Source: Eubacteriales bacterium
GTDB lineage: Bacteria; Bacillota; Clostridia; Oscillospirales; CAG-382
Direction of reading: 5' to 3'
Length of the DNA stretch: 49,068 nt
Assembly: GCA_045535465.1 (NCBI GenBank)
Contig: JAZSLS010000035.1
Coordinates: 1-49,068 of the forward strand
Part shown: one piece after another, positions 36,201 to 45,265 of the stretch
Layout: each line of letters opens with the position of its first letter
How positions within the stretch are numbered: position 1 is the first letter of the stretch
Translations under genes and position numbers: made by a program
The notes under the pieces: generated by a model
The model's database searches: none
What the model was told of the DNA's origin: nothing
What the model saw: only the letters and a program-made list of their open reading frames with translations

Positions 36201-37180
36201 CCGGAAACCCGCTAAGTATCATACAGGGAAGTATAGGTCTTATTACTTCGGCGTTTGAGGTATTTAACGTAAAAGACCGCAAGGCAGAACGCGCGACAAA
36301 GAAACACGCAGAAGCCGTAAAAACGCTGGAAAAGGAATACAAAGCCCTTGAACACGCAGTAGACAAGGCATTAGGCGAAAGCGTTTACGAAAACCAAAAG
36401 GCCCTAATTTCCAATATGCGCCAGCAGCAGCTCCACCTGCAGGAGATGTGGAAGGCAGAGGAAGGAAAAAAGAAGACGGATAGCGACAAGGTAGAGGAAT
36501 ACAAGGAGCAATATGCGGAACTTGGCAGGCAGATAGAAGACACCATAGCGGAGATAGCGCAGAGCATTACGCAGACTTCCGCGAAGGACTTAGCCAGCCA
36601 GCTGTCGGACGCGATAGCCGAAACTTTTACGGACGGCTTCAATAGCGCGAAGGTAAACCAAGCAATAGAGAAGGTAGTCCAGCAAGTTATGCAGAACGCC
36701 GTAAAGAACGCCTTAAAGCTTCAATTCTTAGAAGGCCCGCTACAAGCGGCAATAGCCCAGCTTCAAAAAGATATGGGCTTTGACGCAGAAGGAAACGGAA
36801 GCTTCGACGGCCTTACGGAAGCTGAACAAGACCGGTTCCGGAATAGGGTAAAAGAGATAGCCGCCAGCTATACCGAAGCCTTGAAGATGTACGAAGACTT
36901 GTTTAAGGAGTTGGGCGACGAAGCCGGCGACCCTACCAGCACTATGGCAGGAGCTATAAAGGGAGCTTCGCAGGAAAGTATAGACCTTTTGGCGGGGCAG
37001 ACAAACGCCGTCAGAGTAAACCAAGTTGTAGAAATAGACATATTACGTCAGCAGCTTATACGCTTGGCAAGTATTGACAACAAAATAGGCGTTTCTAACC
37101 AGCTTTTAGGGCAGATTTACGACGAAGTAAAGGGTTACAGCGCGTCCGACCCATTGAGGGCGCAAGGAATAACACAATAA
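33263..37180 (+). CDS. Tape measure protein
   Basis: 1305 aa, Ala/Gln/Glu-rich helical protein with hydrophobic stretches, after the chaperone. Confidence 0.9.
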   Translation: MKGGSIEFDIIANNGQINSSLKETERRITGFSKTTVAAGDKINEMFDVTRENIVIQKQVIKDLEAQYKKLKAEISKVAPGKGQAELIREANAIKAELDGERAALTQLEVEVKKTETAHVNLRTQVRNAVQQLAEMEQAGLRGTQAYRELQEECGRLTDAMGDAQQQAKILAHDNAGLQGVISAVSGVTGVFSAAQGVIGLFAGENENLVKIQTRIQSLMAITMGLQQAANTLNKDSYFSLVTLTKAKQAFSAVTLFAGKALVKFGVSANVARVAATALTATLTLGLSLAITAAVAGINKLIKRNEELKKKQEEARKGAEDWGNSISQSAAPVLATYMKLRTAWKDLGDDVKGRSEFIKTHQNAFDELGVSLQNIADADKLFIEQTDSFVAAVMKRATASAYESRMQNKISERIALESTAKYNMGHTVVSNGDGAKGNNIFGYWQFTQADIEKAFATKESLQKFYKDYLQFTKEVNGEQVPYGNKSKNAWLGTAGNLVEFTVGNENSIEQAQQLRANVLRILQLYEDARSDAEAAAKAQAEAESLMGKLAGGGKKGSSSGTTTNDDPFTEQLNQRKKAYELYFKWVNSKDEILQQAAKTEFAGILAEGSNYLDYLNKQRAALLAAIGEGTGTKEQQENLRKLNNAIADETKATVLADFDAALQEQLNGANSIFEKLALLEEKRKELSGDGSDLDNGKKDIVDKAEQDIAAEAQQQTQQLLNEYAGYLSEKIEFEATYAEKSRLLNKAIAEAKTEDERMIAEAALAALNKKRDEYSVTPEQTNYEELKKQYKSYQQEIADITAEYDEKIALAKKNNNAELVAELEKEKNKALSSAALQQLQDSGAWSQLFGNLDDLTSKQITDLIAKIEAQRAQLGVELNPEDLQAVLDKLKAAKDEVETRNPFKALSLALKDYKKDASKANLSEVFGSLASSIDLVKGTFDAVTQGLASMGLAGDEVTQDLLGDIGNMVGAAGQLATGIATGNPLSIIQGSIGLITSAFEVFNVKDRKAERATKKHAEAVKTLEKEYKALEHAVDKALGESVYENQKALISNMRQQQLHLQEMWKAEEGKKKTDSDKVEEYKEQYAELGRQIEDTIAEIAQSITQTSAKDLASQLSDAIAETFTDGFNSAKVNQAIEKVVQQVMQNAVKNALKLQFLEGPLQAAIAQLQKDMGFDAEGNGSFDGLTEAEQDRFRNRVKEIAASYTEALKMYEDLFKELGDEAGDPTSTMAGAIKGASQESIDLLAGQTNAVRVNQVVEIDILRQQLIRLASIDNKIGVSNQLLGQIYDEVKGYSASDPLRAQGITQ

Positions 37181-37183
37181 CGT

Positions 37184-37693
37184 ATGGAATTAAATAAAGA
37201 ATTAGCATTAGAAGCCAAACGTAACGGCATTTGTACGGAATGGTTTAACAGGTTGCAGAAAACAACCGATAAGGGCGAACTTGTTAAAATGTACCTTGAA
37301 GGCATAGACTTCTGCCTAAGCAACGACTACCCCAGCCGGGCGTACATTAAGGAACATTTCGTAGGCTTCTGCGAAAAATACGGGGTATTCTTGGATGAAG
37401 CGATAGATACCGAGAACTTCCGCCACGTTGTAGCCTTGGGTACTTCTTCCGGAACCACCCGCTACATGGGCTTTGAAGTGGGGCAAGTTTTCGCTAAGCA
37501 CGACAGCAGCGTAGAAATAGAAGCTTCCGGTAATTCCTTCGTTATGGTGGACGTTTTCGACGACAGCAGCGTAAAGGTAAGGACTTTCGACAACGCGAAG
37601 GTGTGCGTAAATAGGTACGGCGGCCACGTAGAAGCCGAGAATACCGGTAATTCAGTAATTAAGGTTATCAACAAAAAGAAAAGTAATTATTAG
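37184..37693 (+). CDS. Phage hypothetical protein (tail region)
   Basis: 169 aa with short beta-repeat-like C-terminal half. Confidence 0.65.
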   Translation: MELNKELALEAKRNGICTEWFNRLQKTTDKGELVKMYLEGIDFCLSNDYPSRAYIKEHFVGFCEKYGVFLDEAIDTENFRHVVALGTSSGTTRYMGFEVGQVFAKHDSSVEIEASGNSFVMVDVFDDSSVKVRTFDNAKVCVNRYGGHVEAENTGNSVIKVINKKKSNY

Positions 37694-37695
37694 TT

Positions 37696-38904
37696 ATGGC
37701 AAACGAAAATAACATAGTTCTAAACCTTCCCTTTGACGAAAGCGCAGGTTCAAAAAAAGCTTATGATTACAGCGGCAACAGGTACGACGGCAATGTAGTA
37801 AACGCGGAGTTCGTAAGCGGAAAGCAGGGAAACTGCATTAAGTTCGACGGGCAAGGCTATTGCGAGATTGACGCGAATGTAGTACAGCTTGCCGGCGATT
37901 TTACGCTACTTGCTTGGCTCAAACGTTCAGACTATCCCGACGGCTTTACAGGTAAGCGTATAGGCTTCTTCGTACGTTGGGAAGCTATTAACGGCTATTC
38001 GGAAGAATGGTTTGATATTAACGCGGATAGTTGGGGCTATTGGGCCGTAGTAAAGCGAAACTACACTATCTACATCTACTTAGATACCCAGCTAATTAAA
38101 GAGATAGAACTGCCGGCGCAGCCTACCGGCTTCGCCTTCCTGCAAGACATTTACGGAACCAAATACGGCTACGGCCTTGTAGACGACGTTAAGCTGTATA
38201 ACGTAGCTTTCACGAAGGAGCAAATAGCCGAAAGTATTAGTTCCGTTTCCCAACTTGCGTACAGCATAGACGGGGTGGACTTCAAAGAATGGGATATTTA
38301 CGTAAGCGAAAGTTCCGGCCTTCTTGACAAGCCGAAATTAAAGGCCCCGCTTACGGTAGAGTGGGACGACTACCACGGCGAAATAGTAGACCTTAAAAAC
38401 AAGAGGTACCAGCCGCGCGAAATAACGCTTAAATGCTTTATGTACGCTACCGGTAAAATTAACTTCGTTACCAAACTTAATAAGTTCTTGGAAGTATTCG
38501 ACAAAGACGGAACCCAAAGGCTTATGGTAGATATACACCCGACTAAGCCGCTTGTTTACGAAGTCTATTTACCGGACGGAATAGCAGTTACTAAGCGTTG
38601 GAACGACGACGTTATGGTAGGAACCTTTACCTTGAAGCTTAGGGAACCCGACCCTGTTAAGCGAGTGGTAAGACACCAGCGAATAAGTGAAGGAACAAAG
38701 ACCCTTTCTATAACGCTTACCAGCAGCAAGGCGGTATCTATATTTTGGGGCGACGGGACGGTAACGGAAGACGTTTTCGGAACCGAAGTAAACGTTTCGC
38801 ACACCTACGATAATAACGGCATCTATTACGCTATTGTAGCCGGTGTTATTGAGAAAATAGAAGACTTCACTACTAACGGAATTATCGTATGGAACAAATT
38901 GTAG
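37696..38904 (+). CDS. LamG/ConA-like domain plus distal-tail-like protein
   Basis: AYDYSGN..G, FTLLAW and GLVDDVKLYN (LamG-like), followed by a Dit-like region. Confidence 0.7.
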   Translation: MANENNIVLNLPFDESAGSKKAYDYSGNRYDGNVVNAEFVSGKQGNCIKFDGQGYCEIDANVVQLAGDFTLLAWLKRSDYPDGFTGKRIGFFVRWEAINGYSEEWFDINADSWGYWAVVKRNYTIYIYLDTQLIKEIELPAQPTGFAFLQDIYGTKYGYGLVDDVKLYNVAFTKEQIAESISSVSQLAYSIDGVDFKEWDIYVSESSGLLDKPKLKAPLTVEWDDYHGEIVDLKNKRYQPREITLKCFMYATGKINFVTKLNKFLEVFDKDGTQRLMVDIHPTKPLVYEVYLPDGIAVTKRWNDDVMVGTFTLKLREPDPVKRVVRHQRISEGTKTLSITLTSSKAVSIFWGDGTVTEDVFGTEVNVSHTYDNNGIYYAIVAGVIEKIEDFTTNGIIVWNKL

Positions 38905-41900
38905 TTATACACCCCGACGGAACAACCCTACCCCTTATTACAAGGGGTAAGGCTTCCGGCGTTACCAAGGCAGAGCAAAAGGTCGCCCTTCTTGGGGAAG
39001 ATATTGTAACCCTTTCGGTAAAGAGTACCGCAAGGCTTGACTTCTATATAGGAGATAGAATAGACGTGTTCGGGAAGGTTTACACGCTTAACCAGCCCGC
39101 CGTATTGAAGAAGACCGGTACCCGAAGGCTTGAATATACGCTTACCTTTGAAGGCGTACAATACGAACTAATAGACGCTCAATGGCTGCTGCCGGACGAT
39201 ACGGTATTAGACAGCTTCACGGGCAACGTAGAAGACTTCCTTAGGCTTTTGGTAGATAACGCTAACCGCGTATTTCCGGGCCGTTGGGCCGTTGGAGCAT
39301 TCCCAGCAGATACGGAGTATAAAACCCTTACCTTTTCCGGTAAGAATTGCTTAGAGGTTCTGCAGTCCCTTTGCGGGGAATATAATACAGAATTTGAGAT
39401 TTCGCAGACTAACGGGGTTCGTACCGTAAACCTTAAAACAGCCGGCGTAAACTTCCCTTATACCTTCCGGCACGGCAGAACCGGGGGCCTTTACGAACTT
39501 TCCCGCCAAAATATAAACTCTAAGAACGTAGTTACCCGCCTTTACGTTTACGGCGGAAGCAACAACTTAGGAAGTAGTTATAGGCATAGTAAGTTATGCC
39601 TTCCGGGAAAGAATAAGAACGCTTCATACATTGAAAACGCCGCGGCTGTGGCCGCCTTCGGTTTGAAGGAGAATATAAAAACCTTTGAAAAGATTTTCCC
39701 AAACCGTTACGGGCAGGTAACAGCAGCTGGAAGTAAGTATTTCGGCTTCATAGACGGAACTATGAACTTCGACCTTAATGAGAAGGAAACCGACGGGGTT
39801 ACGACAAAGTGGCTTATTAACGGCGTTACCGCAAAAATTAAGATGACTTCGGGAAACCTTGCCGGCTACGAGTTTGACCTGCACAAGTACGACCCGGCGA
39901 CAAAGGAAATACAGGTAGTCCCGTTCACGGACGAAAACGGTATGAAGTTCCCCAGCGAAACAAGCGCGGCCTTTCAGTTCGGCGTAGGCGATACGTACTT
40001 TTTTACCGACATAAACCTGCCCGACAGCTATAAGACGGATTCCGAAGCCCAGCTTTTAGAAGAAGGAACAGATTACTATAATCAGTATTGCCAGCCCCAA
40101 GTGCAATACGCTTTAAGTATCGCGGAAAACTTCATAGCGCAGTTTGCCGGACAGCTTACCGTAGCCAACCTTTTCGCGGTTGGCGACTACATACCGGTAG
40201 AAGACGAAGATATAGGCGTAAACAAGGCCGTACGAATTACAGGGTTTACCCGCGACCTTCTGCACCCGTACAAGTATTCTATAACCTTGGGCGATTCCGT
40301 ACAAATGACGACAATAACCCGCATTATTTCGGACTTGCAGAAGGTAGACAACATTATCAAGATTAACGACCTTGCAGACCCGGCAAAAGCCCGCCGTAAT
40401 TGGCGCGCAGCACAGGAAGTGCTGGCAAATATATTCGACCCGGACGGCCACTACTATACGGACAAAATAAAGCCGCTTTCCATTGAAACGCGGATGTTAG
40501 CCGTAGGCGCGCGTTCCCAGCAGTTTGTACTGCAGAACGCCCGATTTGAACCTAATTACGAAGGGAACGCCAATGTAGTAAAATTTTTCGGTGGTTCGCT
40601 TGTTCATTACACGATAATAGAAAATGCCGTAAAAAGTTGGGAGCTTGCAAGTACCACTATTTCGGGCCTTGTCTCTGCTACTTCCTACTACATTTACGCC
40701 CGTTGCGAGAAGGCAGGTACCGCCGGAAGCATTATGATAGACACCACGCAAAGGACGGTAGACAGCGACGCTGCCTACTACTATTTCCTTATTGGAAGCC
40801 TTAGCAGCGTTATAACCGACACGGGCGGAACCAACCCCGCGCGCCTTATTTCGCTTACGTATGGTTCTACCACCATTAACGGACGCTTCGTCAATACCGG
40901 CCGAATACAAAGCAGCGGCGGCGGCGTTACCTACTTCGACCTTGATAAAGGGGAAATAGGCGGCGTAATAAAGTTCGTGAGCGCAGACGGCAGCACCAAG
41001 AATGTGGCCGACCTTGACAGCGCAGCGCAGGAAACGAAGGACTATATAAACAACACCCTACCGGGCGTATTGCAGGAGATACAGGCGCAGCTGGACGGGC
41101 AAATAGAACAATTTTTTGAAACATACGACCCAACCATCAGCAACGCCCCCGCGTCTTCGTGGACTTCTACTACCGACAAGGAAAACCACTTAGGCGACCT
41201 GTTCTATAATACTTCTTCCGGAAAGGTATTTAGGTGGGTAAAGGAAGGAAGCGCGTACAAGTGGCAGGAGTTACAGGACAGCGAAGTAGCGCAGGCCTTA
41301 GCCTTAGCAAACGACGCGCTGGAACTTGCAAAGGATAAGCGAAGGATATTTACCACAACACCTACCACCCCTTACGAAGTAGGCGATTTATGGGTACAAG
41401 GCGGAAGCGGGGATATTATGCGATGTAAGACCGCCCGCGCTTCGGGTAACTATTCTTCCGCAGATTGGGAGAAAGCCAGCAAGTACACCGATAACACCGC
41501 GCTAACGGAGTTTATAAACGGGAGCTTTGCCACAACCGTAACCGACCTTACCAACCAATTAGATGGCAAGATAGAAAGCTGGTTTCAGACCACCGACCCT
41601 GCTACGAATTGGACTACTACCACGGAAAAGAAAAAACATACGGGGGATATGTGGTATAATTCTTCCACCAACAAGCTAAAACGTTATACGGGTTCAAATT
41701 GGGCGGATATTACCGACCAAACCGCGCTGGACGCATACGCTGCAGCAGAGAAAGCGCAGGACACAGCCGACGGCAAGCGTAGGGTATTCGTTGCTCAGCC
41801 TTCCCCGCCTTATGACGTAGGCGACCTTTGGCTAACAGGCGAAGCCAGCGACGGAACCTTAAAGCGTTGTATTACCGCGAGGGCTTCCGGTTCCTATATT

Positions 41901-42890
41901 GCTAACGATTGGGCGGAAGCGGTATGCTACGACAACACACAAACCACCATAGACGGCGGTATAGTTACTTCCGGAACCGTACAGCTTGCCGGCACTAATG
42001 GAGCTATTAAGGCAGGTATTACCGGCGACGGAACCGAAGAAACAAGCGTAAGAATATGGGCCGGAGCTACGAAGAATAACAGGGGTACCGCACCTTACCG
42101 CGTACAGCAGAACGGCGAATTTTGGGCGACAAAAGCACATATTACCGGCGAAATAAACGCTACTTCGGGAGTTTTCCGCGACGTACAGATAAACGGCTCC
42201 ACTCGTAGCCCTTTCGAGTATGTCGGCGATAGTTTTGATACGGAAACTACCGACAACGTAGTAATGATTAGTTCCGGCGGCGGTTGGATTGACGCTTTTA
42301 GCCTTCCTTGGACGGCAAAGCAGTCCGGAAGAAAAATGACGATAGTAAATTATAAGTGGGGTTCTTCCATAGCATACGGAACAGCAGAGATAAACGCGCC
42401 TTCCGGTAAATACTTCTACGAAAACGGTATAGCAAAGGGTTCTCTTTCGCTTTCACGCGAGTGCGTAGAACTATTGGGCTACGGAGATAGCGGAACCTTC
42501 TACGGCTGGATTGTTCTTAAAAGGTTAAACCTTATGACTACTTACCGCTACGGAAGGCAGCTTAACGTATTGGCTATGGGTAAAGTTACCGGAACTTCCA
42601 GCGGAGCAAGTATCTCGTATAAGACATTCGACGGAACAACGCTTAGCGTAAGACGTACGGGAACGGGAAAATACGTTATTACTATGCCGTCTTCGTGGTT
42701 TTCTTCCGCAAGCCACGTATTTTGTACGGCTACCGGCGAAGGTTGCGTAGTAGATAGTTCGTCAGCTTGGGCGAAGGCTACCATTCTCGAAAAGACGACG
42801 ACTACAATAACAATAGGAGTTAGCGACGACGCGTCGGCAAACGACGGTAGCTTTAATTTCCTAATTATGAATTTGAACGATTGGTATTAG
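38889..42890 (+). CDS. Tail tip / baseplate hub and spike protein
   Basis: 1333 aa; VVTRLYVYGGS hub-like motif; internal duplicated GDLW-containing module. Confidence 0.8.
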   Translation: MEQIVVIHPDGTTLPLITRGKASGVTKAEQKVALLGEDIVTLSVKSTARLDFYIGDRIDVFGKVYTLNQPAVLKKTGTRRLEYTLTFEGVQYELIDAQWLLPDDTVLDSFTGNVEDFLRLLVDNANRVFPGRWAVGAFPADTEYKTLTFSGKNCLEVLQSLCGEYNTEFEISQTNGVRTVNLKTAGVNFPYTFRHGRTGGLYELSRQNINSKNVVTRLYVYGGSNNLGSSYRHSKLCLPGKNKNASYIENAAAVAAFGLKENIKTFEKIFPNRYGQVTAAGSKYFGFIDGTMNFDLNEKETDGVTTKWLINGVTAKIKMTSGNLAGYEFDLHKYDPATKEIQVVPFTDENGMKFPSETSAAFQFGVGDTYFFTDINLPDSYKTDSEAQLLEEGTDYYNQYCQPQVQYALSIAENFIAQFAGQLTVANLFAVGDYIPVEDEDIGVNKAVRITGFTRDLLHPYKYSITLGDSVQMTTITRIISDLQKVDNIIKINDLADPAKARRNWRAAQEVLANIFDPDGHYYTDKIKPLSIETRMLAVGARSQQFVLQNARFEPNYEGNANVVKFFGGSLVHYTIIENAVKSWELASTTISGLVSATSYYIYARCEKAGTAGSIMIDTTQRTVDSDAAYYYFLIGSLSSVITDTGGTNPARLISLTYGSTTINGRFVNTGRIQSSGGGVTYFDLDKGEIGGVIKFVSADGSTKNVADLDSAAQETKDYINNTLPGVLQEIQAQLDGQIEQFFETYDPTISNAPASSWTSTTDKENHLGDLFYNTSSGKVFRWVKEGSAYKWQELQDSEVAQALALANDALELAKDKRRIFTTTPTTPYEVGDLWVQGGSGDIMRCKTARASGNYSSADWEKASKYTDNTALTEFINGSFATTVTDLTNQLDGKIESWFQTTDPATNWTTTTEKKKHTGDMWYNSSTNKLKRYTGSNWADITDQTALDAYAAAEKAQDTADGKRRVFVAQPSPPYDVGDLWLTGEASDGTLKRCITARASGSYIANDWAEAVCYDNTQTTIDGGIVTSGTVQLAGTNGAIKAGITGDGTEETSVRIWAGATKNNRGTAPYRVQQNGEFWATKAHITGEINATSGVFRDVQINGSTRSPFEYVGDSFDTETTDNVVMISSGGGWIDAFSLPWTAKQSGRKMTIVNYKWGSSIAYGTAEINAPSGKYFYENGIAKGSLSLSRECVELLGYGDSGTFYGWIVLKRLNLMTTYRYGRQLNVLAMGKVTGTSSGASISYKTFDGTTLSVRRTGTGKYVITMPSSWFSSASHVFCTATGEGCVVDSSSAWAKATILEKTTTTITIGVSDDASANDGSFNFLIMNLNDWY

Positions 42891-42914
42891 GAAGATTTTA
42901 TTTTGTTTTCAACA

Positions 42915-42949
42915 GCGTATTATAGTAATACTCTAATTCAATAATTTTG
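42915..42949 (+). promoter_or_regulatory. Promoter/operator upstream of the DGR target operon
   Basis: GCGTATTAT-A-GTAATACTC at 42915-42933, then -7 TAATTTTG at 42942-42949. Confidence 0.6.
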
Positions 42950-42973
42950 TAGCACTTAAAAAACGTAATAGCT

Positions 42974-43243
42974 ATGAGTAAAACAAGAGGGGGCGAAGCA
43001 GTATCCGCCCAAATTGGAAAAATCGGAGCCGTAACAGGCTTAGCAAACGGGAACTTCAAGCTTGAAGGCGTCCCTTTCAACATTAAGAACGACGGCCAGA
43101 CCGCCGTAGAACTTGAAGTAAACCTTTGGGGTATGGAACCCGGCGAGTTTGTAAAGACCCGCTTTGAGGTTGGGTGGAACCCCGAAATTATACGAGAAAT
43201 CAAACAAACAAGTATTAACGCTACCCTTATTTGGGGGTATTAA
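42974..43243 (+). CDS. Phage hypothetical protein
   Basis: 89-aa ORF upstream of the DGR target. Confidence 0.7.
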   Translation: MSKTRGGEAVSAQIGKIGAVTGLANGNFKLEGVPFNIKNDGQTAVELEVNLWGMEPGEFVKTRFEVGWNPEIIREIKQTSINATLIWGY

Positions 43244-43257
43244 AAAGAAGACTAACT

Positions 43258-44574
43258 ATGGGTTTAATTATTGGCGTAGGCAATTCTAAGCCTACATTCC
43301 CTTACGACTACTTCTACGGTATTCAGTGGGACTCAACCGTAGCAGATTCCGCCTGTACAAGACTTGGAAGGCCGGAACTACACGTTAGCCTGCCTATTCA
43401 GAGCCGTATGCGCCGCTGTTTGCTTAACGATGAAGGGCAGGTCGTTACATACCTTCACGCTAACGACAGCACCAAGACCGATACAGGCGGAGCCGCAGAC
43501 CTTACCGGAGCTTCCGGACAGGTAATGGTGGAAATTCCGGCCCACTACCGCAAGTTTGAGGTAGAAGGTACCATATTCCGCTGCCTTCTTTCGGAATACG
43601 CCCTACCGGGCTTTCATTTCGTACCGCTTTCCTACCGTTCTGCATACGAAGCAAGCTTAGACCGAACCAACAATAAGCTGGCTTCGGTAGTAAACACTAC
43701 GGCGCAGTACAGGGGCGGCGGTAATAATTCCGATTGGGACGGAACCTACCGCAGTCTTTTAGGCCGTCCAGCTACCGCAATTTCGCTTACTAACTTCCGC
43801 ACATACGCGCGCAACAGGGGCGAAGCAGGACTTAACGGCGCGGGCTGGAATTGCGACGTTTACGAAATTCAGAAGGCCTGCTATTGGCTTTACGCGGTTG
43901 AGTACGCGAACCTTAACTGCCAGCTTGCCTATAACGCGGAGCCTACAAGCGAAGGCTACAAACAAGGCGGCTTAGGCAACGGCGTAACAGGTATTTCGGA
44001 TTGGAGCGGATATAACGGCTACTATCCGTTTGTGCCTTGCGGAGTTACCAACAGCTTAGGAAACAAGACGGGCGTAGTAATATATAACGCATTGAACGAA
44101 GACGGCTCTACAAGATACGCCGCGCCGGTTCCTTCCTACCGAGGACTTGAAAACCCCTTCGGCCATATTTGGAGCTGGACAGACGGCTGCAAGTGTAACA
44201 TTCAGACCGCAGAACAGGGCGGCGTAAGCGAATTTTTTGTTTGTACCGACCCTGCGAAGTTCCATAGCAGCAGCTACGACGGCTATGAGAAGCGCGGCGA
44301 ACTTCCAAGAAGCGAAGGCTACGTTAAGGCTATGCTTGTAGGCGAATACGGCGAAAATATGCCGCAGGCGGTAGGGGCTTCTTCTTCTACCTACTTCGCG
44401 GACTACTTCTATACCGCACCTTCGAGCAATAACGGACAAAGGGGCGTTTTGTTCGGCGGTTCTGCGCATAACGGCGCGCTTGCCGGCCTTTCGTTCGCGT
44501 TTACGAATTACTCGGCTTCGCGTACGTATGCGTATTTCGGCTCTCGGCTTTGCTTTATACCCGCGGCGGCATAA
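43258..44574 (+). CDS. DGR target 1: putative tail fibre / receptor-binding protein with C-terminal CLec-like variable domain
   Basis: GQVMVEIP, YRGLENPFGHIWSW.DG and FGG...GSRLC motifs; VR1 at the 3' end; likely start ATG 43258. Confidence 0.88.
   Translation: MGLIIGVGNSKPTFPYDYFYGIQWDSTVADSACTRLGRPELHVSLPIQSRMRRCLLNDEGQVVTYLHANDSTKTDTGGAADLTGASGQVMVEIPAHYRKFEVEGTIFRCLLSEYALPGFHFVPLSYRSAYEASLDRTNNKLASVVNTTAQYRGGGNNSDWDGTYRSLLGRPATAISLTNFRTYARNRGEAGLNGAGWNCDVYEIQKACYWLYAVEYANLNCQLAYNAEPTSEGYKQGGLGNGVTGISDWSGYNGYYPFVPCGVTNSLGNKTGVVIYNALNEDGSTRYAAPVPSYRGLENPFGHIWSWTDGCKCNIQTAEQGGVSEFFVCTDPAKFHSSSYDGYEKRGELPRSEGYVKAMLVGEYGENMPQAVGASSSTYFADYFYTAPSSNNGQRGVLFGGSAHNGALAGLSFAFTNYSASRTYAYFGSRLCFIPAAA
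44441..44553 (+). repeat. DGR variable region VR1
   Basis: 113-bp ungapped match to TR; 18 mismatches by manual count, all at TR adenines. Confidence 0.96.
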
Positions 44575-44615
44575 CACGAAAACACGAAAACGAAAGTAAG
44601 AAGGAGTATTTAACT

Positions 44616-44661
44616 ACGGCGGGCCGCAGATTCCGGGCCTAACAGGTTCCCGGCCCGCCGT
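44616..44661 (+). terminator. GC-rich hairpin downstream of VR1 (terminator and/or DGR target hairpin)
   Basis: acggcgggccg (44616-44626) / cggcccgccgt (44651-44661), followed by ttcaattttt. Confidence 0.55.
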
Positions 44662-44677
44662 TTCAATTTTTACGGAA

Positions 44678-45019
44678 ATGGAGAACAACAACAAACAGGA
44701 CGACGGAAGCCTCGCCTTCCTTGGGATTGAGCCGGACGCGAATAACAAACATTTCAACTGCCCGGAAACAAACCAACAAAAACTAATTAACCTCAGCTTT
44801 TGGGTAGTCGATTATTTGGACGACGTTAAGACGAAGTTCGGAAATAATAGGTTCTTGGTAAAAATTAAATTCAACCGGGAAGACCCCGAAAACGAAGCGC
44901 GCAAGTTCTTTACAAATTCGCAGGAAATAAAGTACATACTTGCAAAGATTAAGGAGCTTAACGCCTTCCCAAGAAAGGTAACTATGCGCGCTTCGGGTAC
45001 AAGGTACTACTTCGAGTAA
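44678..45019 (+). CDS. DGR-associated small protein in the accessory-gene position
   Basis: 113 aa between target gene and TR; function not recognisable. Confidence 0.65.
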   Translation: MENNNKQDDGSLAFLGIEPDANNKHFNCPETNQQKLINLSFWVVDYLDDVKTKFGNNRFLVKIKFNREDPENEARKFFTNSQEIKYILAKIKELNAFPRKVTMRASGTRYYFE

Positions 45020-45043
45020 GAAAAATAGGGGTTGTTTACCCTT

Positions 45044-45156
45044 GGGGCGTTTTGTTCGGCGGTAATGCGAATAACAGCGCGAATGCCGGCCTTTCGTACG
45101 CGAATACGAATAACACGGCTTCGAATACGAATGCGAATATCGGCTCTCAGCTATGC
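45044..45156 (+). repeat. DGR template repeat (TR)
   Basis: Intergenic, 10 AAY codon-equivalents, 28 adenines by manual count; matches VR1 and VR2 except at adenines; immediately upstream of the RT gene. Confidence 0.96.
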
Positions 45157-45265
45157 AGGAAATTTATAGGGGTAAAGACCTTGCCACTTGGCAAAAAATA
45201 ACACGTTTAACAAGGGTATTAGTAGGAATACCGAAAGTTCCCTTAAAAACCAGCAAAGAAACGCA

